In this document: positions 10,062 through 20,115 of the stretch, piece by piece
How the letters are laid out: the number at the start of each line of letters is the position of its first letter
How positions within the stretch are numbered: position 1 is the first letter of the stretch
From: a virus
Reading direction: 5' to 3' (one strand)
DNA length: 64,000 nucleotides
IMG/VR virus record: IMGVR_UViG_3300021962_000082
Coordinates: 6,475 to 70,474 of that record
Made by a program: the position numbers and the translations under genes
Notes under the pieces: generated by a model
What the model was told of the DNA's origin: nothing
Seen by the model: only the letters and a program-made list of their open reading frames with translations
The model's database searches: none

Positions 10062-10093
10062 CAGGTACTACTAAAAATAGTACCTGTTTTTTT
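10062..10093 (+). terminator. rho-independent terminator
   Basis: CAGGTACTA-ctaaaaa-TAGTACCTG then T7. Confidence 0.85.
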
Positions 10094-10120
10094 GACTTTG
10101 CTGTTTAAATAGTGTACAAT
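10092..10120 (+). promoter_or_regulatory. sigma70-type promoter
   Basis: TTGACT-17 nt-TACAAT, 8 nt before uvsW ATG. Confidence 0.7.
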
Positions 10121-10128
10121 TAATCTGT

Positions 10129-11589
10129 ATGAAAACAGCCACAATCATAATCCGCGACGAAGTTAACATCAAGATCGAAGGGCTTGAGCTTGACGCACGC
10201 CGTGCTCTGGTCAATGCTTTCAAGTATGATATCCCGGGCGCACGATATCTACCGGCTGTAAGACTCGGTCGGTGGGATGGCAAAGTCAGCTACTTCCAAT
10301 TAGGTGGTAGTACCTATGTAAATCTACTGCCCGAGATTGTGCCCATCCTAGAAAAGTTTAATTACGACATTGAACTTGATGACCAACGGACCTACTCAAC
10401 CACCTTTGACTTTGATACTGTTAGCGAAGACTCTTTTGCTCATAAGACTTGGCCAAAGAATCACCCCCAAGCTGGTCAGCCAGTGGTTCTGCGTGATTAC
10501 CAAGTGGAGATTATAAATAACTTTCTTGGAAATCCCCAGTGTATTCAGGAAGTAGCCACAGGTGCCGGTAAGACGCTGATAACTGCGGCCCTAAGTTCCA
10601 GTGTGGAAAAGTATGGTCGTAGCATTGTTATTGTGCCCAACAAAAGCCTAGTAACACAAACTGAAGCAGACTATATTAACTTAGGGCTAGATGTTGGTGT
10701 GTACTTTGGTGACCGTAAAGAAATTGGTCGCACACATACCATATGTACTTGGCAAAGTTTGAATATACTATTAAAAAATACCAAGAGCGGAGTAGCGGAA
10801 TTTTCAATACAGGATTTTATTGAAGATGTAGTGTGTGTGATTGTTGACGAAGTACATATGGCTAAGGCCGATGCTCTCAAGACACTACTAACTGGCATCA
10901 TGTCTCGTATGCCAATTAGATGGGGGCTGACTGGAACTGTGCCCAAGGAGCCTTATGAATTTCAAGCATTAAAGTGTGGATTAGGTCCTGTGATTAATCA
11001 ACTTGGCGCAAGTGAATTACAGGATCGTGGTGTGTTAGCGCAATGTCATGTAAACATTGTACAATTGGTAGACCATGCCGAGTTTACCAATTATCAAAGT
11101 GAGTTAAAGTTCTTGTTAGAGGAACCGGATCGTTTGTCAACTATTGCTAACTTGGTAGCACAAGTTAACCTTACTGGCAATACACTGGTGCTAGTGGATC
11201 GAGTGGCAGCCGGTCACGCTTTGATTGAACGCCTGGGCGATCGAGCGGTTTTTGTTTCGGGCGCAACTAAAGCAGGAGCAAGACAAGATGAGTATGATCA
11301 AGTGGCGACGAGTTCTGACAAGATTATTGTGGCGACTTACGGTGTGGCCGCTGTGGGTATTAATATCCCTCGTATTTTTAATTTGGTTCTTTTGGAGCCC
11401 GGAAAGAGCTTTGTTCGTGTTATCCAATCAATTGGACGAGGCATTAGGAAAGCAGAAGACAAAGATCATGTAGAAATTTGGGATGTGACTTCCACTTGTA
11501 AGTTTGCCAAGCGGCACTTAACTAAACGCAAACAATTTTATAAAGAAGCCAACTATCCTTTTTCGCAGGAGAAATTAGAATGGAAATGA
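10129..11589 (+). CDS. uvsW: UvsW-like SF2 helicase
   Basis: LRDYQ, ATGAGKT, DEVH, GLTGT, QSIGRGIR. Confidence 0.9.
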   Translation: MKTATIIIRDEVNIKIEGLELDARRALVNAFKYDIPGARYLPAVRLGRWDGKVSYFQLGGSTYVNLLPEIVPILEKFNYDIELDDQRTYSTTFDFDTVSEDSFAHKTWPKNHPQAGQPVVLRDYQVEIINNFLGNPQCIQEVATGAGKTLITAALSSSVEKYGRSIVIVPNKSLVTQTEADYINLGLDVGVYFGDRKEIGRTHTICTWQSLNILLKNTKSGVAEFSIQDFIEDVVCVIVDEVHMAKADALKTLLTGIMSRMPIRWGLTGTVPKEPYEFQALKCGLGPVINQLGASELQDRGVLAQCHVNIVQLVDHAEFTNYQSELKFLLEEPDRLSTIANLVAQVNLTGNTLVLVDRVAAGHALIERLGDRAVFVSGATKAGARQDEYDQVATSSDKIIVATYGVAAVGINIPRIFNLVLLEPGKSFVRVIQSIGRGIRKAEDKDHVEIWDVTSTCKFAKRHLTKRKQFYKEANYPFSQEKLEWK

Positions 11590-12185
11590 ATAATATTTTA
11601 TACTTAGATATACCAATCTTGCCTGCTGAATTAGAGAAAGAGATAATTCAATTTGGTGATCAACTGGTTGCAACGGTTGATCCTTGGGTTGAAAATTTTT
11701 ATCAACATAAAATTAGAGTAGCAGCTCATCATTACGGTAAACCCGATACGTTTTTAAATCAAGATATCATGGACAAACTTAAAAAAATTTACGGTCCTTA
11801 TTTTGGTAATGATTTTGTTGCATTTATTGGAAAATTAGAAAACACTTACAAAACTGGATTAGTAGAGAATCCACCGCATTGTGATAAATTTCGGTATATC
11901 AGTATAAATTATCTTTTAGGCCTCGGGGGCGATAATGTACTAACATGTTTTTATAATGAAAGTAGAAAATCAAAATTGATGGAAAAGGGTGAAAATGCCC
12001 TACACAAAGATTTAACCCTTAATTATAAAATACGTTTACCAAAACATACCTGGCATTCATTCAATGTTCAATGTTTTCATAGCGTGGAAAATATTGAAAC
12101 ATCAAGGCTTATACTTAGTTTGGTGCTACTTGATAACCCCGAATTTAATACCTTTAAAGAAAAATACAAAAATATAATTAAATGA
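11586..12185 (+). CDS. AT-rich cupin/2OG-Fe(II)-like protein
   Basis: PPHCD (HxD) and FHSV distal His; ATGA overlap with uvsW stop. Confidence 0.5.
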   Translation: MNNILYLDIPILPAELEKEIIQFGDQLVATVDPWVENFYQHKIRVAAHHYGKPDTFLNQDIMDKLKKIYGPYFGNDFVAFIGKLENTYKTGLVENPPHCDKFRYISINYLLGLGGDNVLTCFYNESRKSKLMEKGENALHKDLTLNYKIRLPKHTWHSFNVQCFHSVENIETSRLILSLVLLDNPEFNTFKEKYKNIIK

Positions 12186-12193
12186 AACAAAGG

Positions 12194-12221
12194 TTGCAAA
12201 ACTAAAAAACTGTGTTATAAT
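12194..12221 (+). promoter_or_regulatory. sigma70-type promoter
   Basis: TTGCAA-16 nt-TATAAT with TG extension, 6 nt before ATG. Confidence 0.65.
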
Positions 12222-12227
12222 AACCAC

Positions 12228-12731
12228 ATGCGAATACTGACACTAGATAATAACGAGCCATTTGATCTTGATCATCTACCCGAGGAAGTAGATGACATGC
12301 GATTTGCTATTTTTGATAACTCGGATCCCAAGGATCCTGACTATCATTATATTCCCTTGATCTTCCTGGAAAGTTTTAACAGTCCCGCACTGGTATTAAA
12401 AATTGGTGAAAATACAATTCGCATGCCCATGGACTGGCAGGTGTTGATCGGCGAACCCGAAATTGGCGATCTTGAAGTGCTGCCCTTAACCAGCATTAAC
12501 GATCGTGGCTTCCGAGTGTTTGAGTTCAACCCACTAAGCAGTTTTCGCCCAAGTTTTCCCCACATTGAAATAATTGATGTTTATCACGAAGTGGCGTGGT
12601 ATGCGCCCAAGTTAAAGAACGGCCAACTGCTATGTGTACCCATCACTGACGGGCCCAAGCCGCAATGTGTTTACTTTGTTAAAGACATCAGCCGTAACTG
12701 TGAAATTGTTGACTACAATAAGGCCTGGTAG
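12228..12731 (+). CDS. hypothetical phage protein (beta-rich)
   Basis: 167-aa ORF heading a translationally coupled operon. Confidence 0.75.
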   Translation: MRILTLDNNEPFDLDHLPEEVDDMRFAIFDNSDPKDPDYHYIPLIFLESFNSPALVLKIGENTIRMPMDWQVLIGEPEIGDLEVLPLTSINDRGFRVFEFNPLSSFRPSFPHIEIIDVYHEVAWYAPKLKNGQLLCVPITDGPKPQCVYFVKDISRNCEIVDYNKAW

Positions 12732-13180
12732 TGAGTGAAAAACTAAGCATTGTCAACGAGATGCGACAGTTTGATCGCAAGAATCGCGAATTCTATCGTG
12801 AGCTCACAGACGAAGAACGAAAGAAGTTTTCCAACTATCTAATGATTCGTTGGGGGAGCGCAGTAGAAGGCACTCGTGAGTTACAAGAGTTTTATCTTGT
12901 AGCCACCAATGAGCGACTGAACAAACACTTTTTTACTATTAACAAGCATCCCGAACTACAATGGCTATGCGCTACCACTGTTAGTCCCGATATGGGCACA
13001 CACAGACACAACTGGATTGCGCCTAAAAAGCGCGAACCTGGTGCTACCAGCATACGGAAGCAGTTGGCTGAACTGTATCCTGATATGAAGGACAGTGATA
13101 TCGCAACACTGGCATCTATAACTACACAGAAAGAAATAGACGAGCAACGTCGGTTAATGGGCCAAGAAACCAAGAAATGA
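12731..13180 (+). CDS. hypothetical protein, possibly clamp-loader small-subunit-like
   Basis: FSNYLMIRW, HPELQW, H.WI resemble T4 gp62-like proteins (weak). Confidence 0.45.
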   Translation: MSEKLSIVNEMRQFDRKNREFYRELTDEERKKFSNYLMIRWGSAVEGTRELQEFYLVATNERLNKHFFTINKHPELQWLCATTVSPDMGTHRHNWIAPKKREPGATSIRKQLAELYPDMKDSDIATLASITTQKEIDEQRRLMGQETKK

Positions 13181-13851
13181 AGTACACTTGCCAGTTTTGT
13201 AAAAAAGACTTTGTAAAAGAAACAAGTCTAACTGTACATAGCTGCGAGCCGCGCCGTCGACGGCAAGAACGTAATGAGCGTGGTGTGGAGTTGGGCTTTC
13301 AAGCCTACATCAAGTTTTATGAAATGACGCAAGGCAGCGCTCGTTTGAAAACTTATGATGACTTTTGTGACAGTCCTTACTATCGAGCGTTTGTCAAGTT
13401 TGGTCGCTATTGTGTGTCTATTCGTGCAATCAATCCCGAGCGTTTTATGGAGTGGGTGCTTAAACAAAATAAAAAAATTGATCGCTGGTGCACCGACACA
13501 GTTTACACTGAATACTTAACACACTATCTCCGTGTGGAAAATGTAAACGATGCGCTTGCGCGAGGTCTTGAGTTTGGGCTTGATTGGAGCGAAAAAACTG
13601 GGCATCCACCACACGACTGCTTACGCTATGGTGGAACTAATGCAATGGTGTATGCTGTGACTGCGGGACGTATCAGTCCTTGGATAATTTTTAACTGTGC
13701 ATCGGGACAACAGTTTTTAAATGAACTGAACGCTGAACAAATTGGTTTGGTGTATCCTTATATTGACGCAGATCATTGGCAAAAGCGTTTTCAAGACTAT
13801 CCCGCAGATCAAGAATATGCCAAAGAAATTTTAGCACAGGCAGGTTGGTAA
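13177..13851 (+). CDS. N-terminal zinc-finger protein
   Basis: CQFC-x12-H-x-C at N-terminus. Confidence 0.65.
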   Translation: MKYTCQFCKKDFVKETSLTVHSCEPRRRRQERNERGVELGFQAYIKFYEMTQGSARLKTYDDFCDSPYYRAFVKFGRYCVSIRAINPERFMEWVLKQNKKIDRWCTDTVYTEYLTHYLRVENVNDALARGLEFGLDWSEKTGHPPHDCLRYGGTNAMVYAVTAGRISPWIIFNCASGQQFLNELNAEQIGLVYPYIDADHWQKRFQDYPADQEYAKEILAQAGW

Positions 13852-14429
13852 TGAGCGCAGATATTGACATTGACTTGGCTAATAGAGATGAGTTACTAAC
13901 ACTCATTAATACAACTCCGGCTATGCAAAAAGTAAATGGGCAGATTAGAAAACATAACTCCGGTGTGTATGTAACCGACATACCATATGATCCAGTTAAT
14001 GGTTGTGCAGCCATAGACTATGAAACTGCTGAACAGTTAGGCTACTTTAAGATTGATCTGTTGAATATGAGTGTGTATCAACTGATTACTAGTCCCGAAC
14101 AGTATACCCAAGCACTGGCACAAGAGCCACAGTGGTCACGCTTGTGGGAAGAGCCTGCTTGGGCACAGCAGTTAGTGCATGTGGGTAACTACACTGATTT
14201 ACTACGCGAAATGCGCCCCGATTCTATTCCGCGTATGGCAGCGTTTATTTCGATTATTCGCCCAGGCAAGGCACACTTACAAAAACAACCGTGGCCTACG
14301 GTATTTGAATCAGTGTGGGATGGGGATAATTCGCGGGGATTTGTGTTTAAGAAGTCGCATGCAATTTCTTATGCAGCATTGGTTGCGCTACATATGAATC
14401 TGCTTACTCCATCTTCCGTACAAGCGTAA
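13851..14429 (+). CDS. miniature DNA polymerase III alpha (DnaE)-like protein
   Basis: DIDID, KHNSGVYV, LGYFKIDLL, IRPG, FKKSHAISYA in DnaE order within 192 aa. Confidence 0.75.
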   Translation: MSADIDIDLANRDELLTLINTTPAMQKVNGQIRKHNSGVYVTDIPYDPVNGCAAIDYETAEQLGYFKIDLLNMSVYQLITSPEQYTQALAQEPQWSRLWEEPAWAQQLVHVGNYTDLLREMRPDSIPRMAAFISIIRPGKAHLQKQPWPTVFESVWDGDNSRGFVFKKSHAISYAALVALHMNLLTPSSVQA

Positions 14430-14781
14430 TACTTTTTCGCTTACTCTTTTTAAGAATAATATCGTTTAACGAGCATACAGGACCGTGTAGTATTTCAAGG
14501 TCCTTATTGATAAACGTCCGCAAGCAGGACTTGAATATGTCCCAGTCCTTTTTCAAAAAGATATTGATAGGAATACTGCGGTTACTTTCCCACCACCATA
14601 CGTTGGCTAACTCTAAAAATCGCCGTTTAAGTTCGGGATCGTGCAAGCTACCAAAGTCATATATGGTGGTAACAACGCTGTCTTGATTTTGCACAATGCC
14701 CACATATTCCGTTGATGCGTATACACATAACGTGATAAAAGGGTATTGTTCGCTTAATTTTGTAAAGATATCGTTGCCCAT
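14404..14781 (-). CDS. hypothetical phage protein
   Basis: 125-aa ORF with WWWESNR.IPINIF; TAAATA 5 nt upstream. Confidence 0.75.
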   Translation of the reverse strand: MGNDIFTKLSEQYPFITLCVYASTEYVGIVQNQDSVVTTIYDFGSLHDPELKRRFLELANVWWWESNRSIPINIFLKKDWDIFKSCLRTFINKDLEILHGPVCSLNDIILKKSKRKSITLVRKME

Positions 14782-14855
14782 CAGGATATTTATATCGTAA
14801 GAATTTGGCTGGATTAAAATGGTAAAAACGGTCTGCTGTTATCGCTAAATACAAG

Positions 14856-15971
14856 ATGTACTCAACCACTGCCTACCTTTACCAACAAGTAATTAGAGTG
14901 TTAACTCCGGACACCAGTGGTGCGTACTTTTCATATAGGTACGATCCCGTGTATGCTAAAAAACTAACAATTAACAAAGGTGTTGACAATGTAGTCCTGT
15001 TTGAGTTTATTAATCAAGACGAAAAACCTGTGAATATCACGGGCAGCACACTAACATTTAGACTGGTCAGTCAAAACGGCGACTCGTTGCTGGTACAAAA
15101 GCCCATGGACATTATTAATGCTACATATGGTCGTGCCAAAGTAACACTAACGCCTGCCGATCTTGACATAGTAGAAGCACAGCCCGCAGGCTATAGCATT
15201 ATGCGAGCCAGTGGCAACTTGGTGGAAGCGGTGTTTACAGATGCCCAAGCAGGTGCCCGCGCACCAGCAGACATCCTGGACAGCATTTATCCCGAGTTTG
15301 TGCCCAGCACTGAGCTGACTATTCCTACTACCAACTTGTCAGCACAAACCAGTTATGGGGGAAGCAGCGGTTCTCAATACCCCGATTGGGCACTACAAGC
15401 TGGCCAGCCAATTGGATCAAACAATCCTTACCAATCAACTGAATACTATAGCAGTCAAATTGTGCCCCGCGGTCCGGTGACTACCATACAAATGGACTTG
15501 GTTGGTTACACTGGAACTATAAAAGCACAAGCTGCTGAAACTTATCAAAGTGTTTGGTATAATGTAACACCTTCTACACAATACCTAAACGAAACAAAAA
15601 CCATCCACATGAACATTATTGGGTGGCATCCTTTACTGCGACTGTGCTTTAACAACAGCGTGACTACTACAGGTGTAAATGGACAAACCAATTTTGGTAC
15701 GGCAGCCACTGCTAATGCTGTGGTTACTAATGGAGTGGTTACTAGCATATCTGTAACCAGTCCGGGTTCAGGCTATCAAGCACCTCCTATAATTGAGTTT
15801 ATTGGTGAAGGTGCGGGTGCTGAGGCTGTAGCCACAATTGGTGCTGGTGGCGCAGTTACTGATATTACACTTGTATCTGGTGGCTCGGGTTATCGTCCCA
15901 ATCCATATGGTATGGTATCAGTGGCCATTGTGGTATCCACGGGCCATGTGGAAAATATAAAATACCGTTAA
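14856..15971 (+). CDS. probable virion (baseplate/tail) protein
   Basis: BppU-like N-terminal region, C-terminal V..I.V...GSGY repeats; late box upstream. Confidence 0.6.
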   Translation: MYSTTAYLYQQVIRVLTPDTSGAYFSYRYDPVYAKKLTINKGVDNVVLFEFINQDEKPVNITGSTLTFRLVSQNGDSLLVQKPMDIINATYGRAKVTLTPADLDIVEAQPAGYSIMRASGNLVEAVFTDAQAGARAPADILDSIYPEFVPSTELTIPTTNLSAQTSYGGSSGSQYPDWALQAGQPIGSNNPYQSTEYYSSQIVPRGPVTTIQMDLVGYTGTIKAQAAETYQSVWYNVTPSTQYLNETKTIHMNIIGWHPLLRLCFNNSVTTTGVNGQTNFGTAATANAVVTNGVVTSISVTSPGSGYQAPPIIEFIGEGAGAEAVATIGAGGAVTDITLVSGGSGYRPNPYGMVSVAIVVSTGHVENIKYR

Positions 15972-15981
15972 ACCAAAACAG

Positions 15982-16010
15982 TTGTTTTTCGTCGTAAAAC
16001 ATGTTATAAT
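15982..16010 (+). promoter_or_regulatory. sigma70-type promoter (extended -10)
   Basis: TTGTTT-17 nt-TATAAT with TG extension, 6 nt before primase ATG. Confidence 0.6.
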
Positions 16011-16016
16011 CGTAAC

Positions 16017-16985
16017 ATGATTGATGTGTTGGCGTTTTTACCTGCTAAGAGAAAACAGTCTAGTTCCGGATGGATTTCTTTCAACGCCCCTTGCTGCATA
16101 CACAATGGCAACACAGCAGATCGTCGGGGACGAGGCGGTATTAAACTATCCGACCAAGGTTGGAGTTATCACTGCTTTAACTGTAACTATACTACCAGTT
16201 TTATTCTTGGCCGCAACATCAGTTTTAAAGCACGACGCTTGCTTGAGTGGTTGGGCGTTCCGGAAAATGACATCAACTTAATAAATCTTGAAAGCATGCG
16301 CCATCGTAGCATTGAGGGCATGCTGGAAGATCGTCAGCGAACTTGGAATGCACTGGCACCAATAGAATTTAAAGAAGCAGATCTTCCGGGTTTTGTTAAT
16401 TTTGTTACACCCGAAACAGTAGACGAATGGAACTATCTACGGAGCAGGCATGTACCCGAAGACTATCCTGTAATGGTTGCTGCTACTACGGGCACAAGAA
16501 AAGGTGTTATCATCCCATTTACATATAATAATCAAGTGGTTGGCAGTACTATACGATTCCTTGACGATCGTAATCCGCGATATATCAATGACACACAGAC
16601 GGGATATGTGTTTGGCACTGATTTACAACAACCAGGGTGGCAGCATGTGATTGTAACAGAAGGCATTTTTGATGCGCTGTGCATCGGTGGCTTGGCTGTT
16701 ATGCATAATCAAATCAGCGACGAGCAGGTTCGCATGATACGGAGCCTGGGTCGTGAAGTTACTGTAGTGCCCGACCAAGACACAGCGGGACTGGCACTAG
16801 TAGATCGTGCGTTAGAACTGGGTTGGGCAGTTAGCATACCCAATTGGCCAGACGGAGTTAAAGACATTAACGACGCTGTGAAATTATGGGGAAAGTTGCC
16901 AACTTTGCTAACTATACTGCAATCAAGAGAAACCAGTAGAATAAAAATTGAATTAAGGAAAAAGCAACTTGCAAAAAAATTATAA
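16017..16985 (+). CDS. DNA primase (zinc finger + TOPRIM)
   Basis: HCFNC zinc finger, VTEGIFDA, PDQD, KDIND. Confidence 0.9.
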   Translation: MIDVLAFLPAKRKQSSSGWISFNAPCCIHNGNTADRRGRGGIKLSDQGWSYHCFNCNYTTSFILGRNISFKARRLLEWLGVPENDINLINLESMRHRSIEGMLEDRQRTWNALAPIEFKEADLPGFVNFVTPETVDEWNYLRSRHVPEDYPVMVAATTGTRKGVIIPFTYNNQVVGSTIRFLDDRNPRYINDTQTGYVFGTDLQQPGWQHVIVTEGIFDALCIGGLAVMHNQISDEQVRMIRSLGREVTVVPDQDTAGLALVDRALELGWAVSIPNWPDGVKDINDAVKLWGKLPTLLTILQSRETSRIKIELRKKQLAKKL

Positions 16986-18318
16986 AAATAATAAAGTTGT
17001 GATAACTACAGTGCCTTTTGTTGACGAAAACACACCGTTGGCAGCTCCAGCTGTATTAAAAGCAGCTCTTCAAGAAAATGGAATTCAGTGTATCGGACTC
17101 GATCTTAATATTGATATATACAATAAATTAAAACATCATCCTGATAAAAATTTATTCATAAATTTTTTTTACAAACAGATTATTGATGAAAAAATTGTTG
17201 ATGATCTTATTAAGATGTTGCGTTTTTTTGTTGATGAGATTATGTATCACAAGCCCACAATAGTAGGGCTAAGTTTGTTCAGCAGTGGTTCTCAAGTTTT
17301 TGCAATGTGGTTGTGTGCCATGTTAAAACAACAGGTTCCAGACGTAAAAATAGTTATTGGTGGCCCGGGTTTAGAAACATTAGAAAATTCTTTATTTAAA
17401 TTTCCAGATCGTTTAAAACGATTAGGTCTAATAGATGATTACATTACAGGCGATGCAGAAAGATCGATGGTAGAATACGTCAATGGTAATACTAACTATC
17501 ACGGGATCAATTCCTGGAGCTGGTTGCCAAATGAAAACTTTAAAACAAACCCGCCTCCTGATTATTCTGACTATACCTTATTAAGGTATGAGTATCCTTT
17601 ATTACCAATTATTGACAGCCGAGGGTGTGTTCAGGATTGCGAATTTTGCGATGTAATAGCATTTTGGAAAAAATTTCAATACTTGACTGCAGATGCTATT
17701 TTTGAACGTATGCAATTGTATATTGGTAAGTATCACACACGCAGATTTCAGTTCAGCAGTAGTATTTGTAATGGTAATTTACGAGAATTTAAAAAATTAA
17801 TTAAATTAATAGCAGAATATAATGATGCTGTTAGCGTTGATGAACAAATACACTGGATTGGATCATTCATTATTCGCCCCAAATCACAACACCCGGAATC
17901 AATGTGGTACGACATTAAAAAAAGTAATGGGTTTTTATTAACTGGTGTTGAAAGTGTTATCGAAAAAGTTAGAATAAATCTTGGAAAAAACTTCACAAAT
18001 CAAGATTTGGAACATCATTTAATAATGGGTCAAAAATATCAAGTACCGATGAATTTATTGATGATTGCTGCATACCACACAGAAACAGACAGTGATCACG
18101 AAAATGTAAAAAAATGGTTTATAGATCATAAGAACTTTGCTAATAATACTGTTCAACAAGTTCAGATTACATTGCCGGGAATTTTACCAGGAACCGTATT
18201 AGAATCTAAATTAAATCCTGACACATTTAAATCTGGTGAAACGAATAGAAAAAAGAAAGGGATTGAATTATTAAAGGTAATACAAGAATGCGGATTCAAC
18301 ACTCGCCATTTCTTTTAA
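16969..18318 (+). CDS. B12-binding-domain radical SAM enzyme (AT-rich; start uncertain)
   Basis: SRGCVQDCEFC (CxxxCxxC), KIVIGGPG, GDAE. Confidence 0.85.
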   Translation: MQKNYKNNKVVITTVPFVDENTPLAAPAVLKAALQENGIQCIGLDLNIDIYNKLKHHPDKNLFINFFYKQIIDEKIVDDLIKMLRFFVDEIMYHKPTIVGLSLFSSGSQVFAMWLCAMLKQQVPDVKIVIGGPGLETLENSLFKFPDRLKRLGLIDDYITGDAERSMVEYVNGNTNYHGINSWSWLPNENFKTNPPPDYSDYTLLRYEYPLLPIIDSRGCVQDCEFCDVIAFWKKFQYLTADAIFERMQLYIGKYHTRRFQFSSSICNGNLREFKKLIKLIAEYNDAVSVDEQIHWIGSFIIRPKSQHPESMWYDIKKSNGFLLTGVESVIEKVRINLGKNFTNQDLEHHLIMGQKYQVPMNLLMIAAYHTETDSDHENVKKWFIDHKNFANNTVQQVQITLPGILPGTVLESKLNPDTFKSGETNRKKKGIELLKVIQECGFNTRHFF

Positions 18319-18704
18319 ATTTAAAAATACTTGATCATGGTGATTCGACTAATCTTAAGTTAGATAGTCAAAATGCTACATTAGTACAACATGATATTGT
18401 CAATAATTTGCATATAATTAAATTATTGACATGTCTGCCTAATAATGTTATACTAGAATGTAAGGGAATAAAAAATAATGGAATTGAATTAACGGGTATA
18501 GATTTTGTAGGAGTTCCTATTAACAAAGAACTTTTTGAAAAGGTTGTTGAATATAGATTAACAGAATCTTTTGATAATATTTTAAATGCAGACGCTATAA
18601 GTAGTCACAAGTGGACTAGTGATGGATATGCAATATTTAAATTATTTCACCACGACCCGTTTGCATATCATTTGTTCATTGGTAATAAAATTAAAATCAT
18701 ATAA
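18288..18704 (+). CDS. AT-rich hypothetical protein
   Basis: 138-aa ORF overlapping the radical SAM 3' end. Confidence 0.55.
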   Translation: MRIQHSPFLLNLKILDHGDSTNLKLDSQNATLVQHDIVNNLHIIKLLTCLPNNVILECKGIKNNGIELTGIDFVGVPINKELFEKVVEYRLTESFDNILNADAISSHKWTSDGYAIFKLFHHDPFAYHLFIGNKIKII

Positions 18705-18705
18705 T

Positions 18706-20112
18706 ATGCTTAAAGAATACGGATTAGACGTACAAAAACTTTTTCTAGAAATGATGCTGGAAGATGCATCCAGCTATGTGCGGGTGCAGAACATTTATAA
18801 CGCTACAAACTTTGACAAGTCGCTAAGACCCGCAGCAGAGTTTATTAAAGAGCATACCGAAAAGCATAAGACCATGCCCGACCGGACACAAATTTCCGCG
18901 GCTACGGGTGTTAAACTACAACCAGTACCCGACTTAAACGAAGGACATTTTGAATGGTTCATGACTGAGTTTGAAAGTTTTACACGGCGCCAAGAACTGG
19001 AACGTGCTATTTTAAAATCCGCAGACTTGTTGGAAAAGGGCGATTATGATCCAGTAGAAAAACTTATCAAGGATGCAGTACAGATCAGCCTGACCAAAGA
19101 CATGGGCACTGATTACTTTGCGGATCCCAGTGAGCGCATTAACAGATATTTTAACTCAGGTGGACAAGTTAGCACAGGTTGGCCACAACTAGACAAACTC
19201 CTATATGGTGGATTCAGTCGCGGCGAACTGAACATTTTTGCTGGTGGCTCGGGTTCAGGCAAAAGTCTTGTGATGATGAATATTGCGCTAAACTGGCTAC
19301 AGCAAGGACTGAGTGGCGTATACATCAGTCTTGAACTTAGTGAAGAATTGACCAGTTTACGAACTGATGCTATGTTGACTAACATGAGCACCAAAGAAAT
19401 ACGAAAAGATATTGACACAGCTACAATGAAGATTAAAATAACTGGCAAAAAGTTTGGTCAGTATCGTGTTAAAGCATTGCCAGCACAAAGCAACGTCAAT
19501 GACATTCGCGCATATATTAAAGAAGTACAAATACAAACAGGCATTAAAATTGATTTTATCATGGTAGATTACCTGGATCTGCTGATGCCAGTGAGTGCCA
19601 AAGTCAGTCCCAATGACTTGTTTGTTAAAGATAAGTATGTGAGTGAAGAACTGCGTAATTTGGCCAAAGAATTAAATGTGTTGTTTGTGACAGCAAGTCA
19701 GTTGAATCGATCAGCGGTTGAAGAAATTGAGTTTGACCACTCTCATATTTCAGGTGGTATTAGTAAGATTAATACTGCTGACAATGTGTTTGGTATTTTT
19801 ACTAGTCGTGCGATGAAGGAGCGGGGCAAGTATCAACTTCAATGTATGAAGTCGCGTAGTTCAACAGGTGTTGGACAAAAGATTGATTTAGAATATAATA
19901 TTGACACCATGCGGATTACTGACAACGGCGGCGATGATAGTAACAGCAGCAGTTCATTCAAGAAACCCAGCATTTACGATACTATCAAACCACAAAGTCG
20001 TGTTAATACAAACGAAAAAATTGATGCTGATACCGGAGAAGTGAGCAAAATTACAGTAGATGTACAAAGCGCCAAGCTAAAACAGTTGCTGGGACAAATT
20101 AAACAAGTTTAA
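18706..20112 (+). CDS. DnaB/gp41-like replicative helicase
   Basis: GGSGSGKS, VDYLDL, TASQLNR, KSRSS; start MLKEYG. Confidence 0.92.
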   Translation: MLKEYGLDVQKLFLEMMLEDASSYVRVQNIYNATNFDKSLRPAAEFIKEHTEKHKTMPDRTQISAATGVKLQPVPDLNEGHFEWFMTEFESFTRRQELERAILKSADLLEKGDYDPVEKLIKDAVQISLTKDMGTDYFADPSERINRYFNSGGQVSTGWPQLDKLLYGGFSRGELNIFAGGSGSGKSLVMMNIALNWLQQGLSGVYISLELSEELTSLRTDAMLTNMSTKEIRKDIDTATMKIKITGKKFGQYRVKALPAQSNVNDIRAYIKEVQIQTGIKIDFIMVDYLDLLMPVSAKVSPNDLFVKDKYVSEELRNLAKELNVLFVTASQLNRSAVEEIEFDHSHISGGISKINTADNVFGIFTSRAMKERGKYQLQCMKSRSSTGVGQKIDLEYNIDTMRITDNGGDDSNSSSSFKKPSIYDTIKPQSRVNTNEKIDADTGEVSKITVDVQSAKLKQLLGQIKQV

Positions 20113-20115
20113 TAT

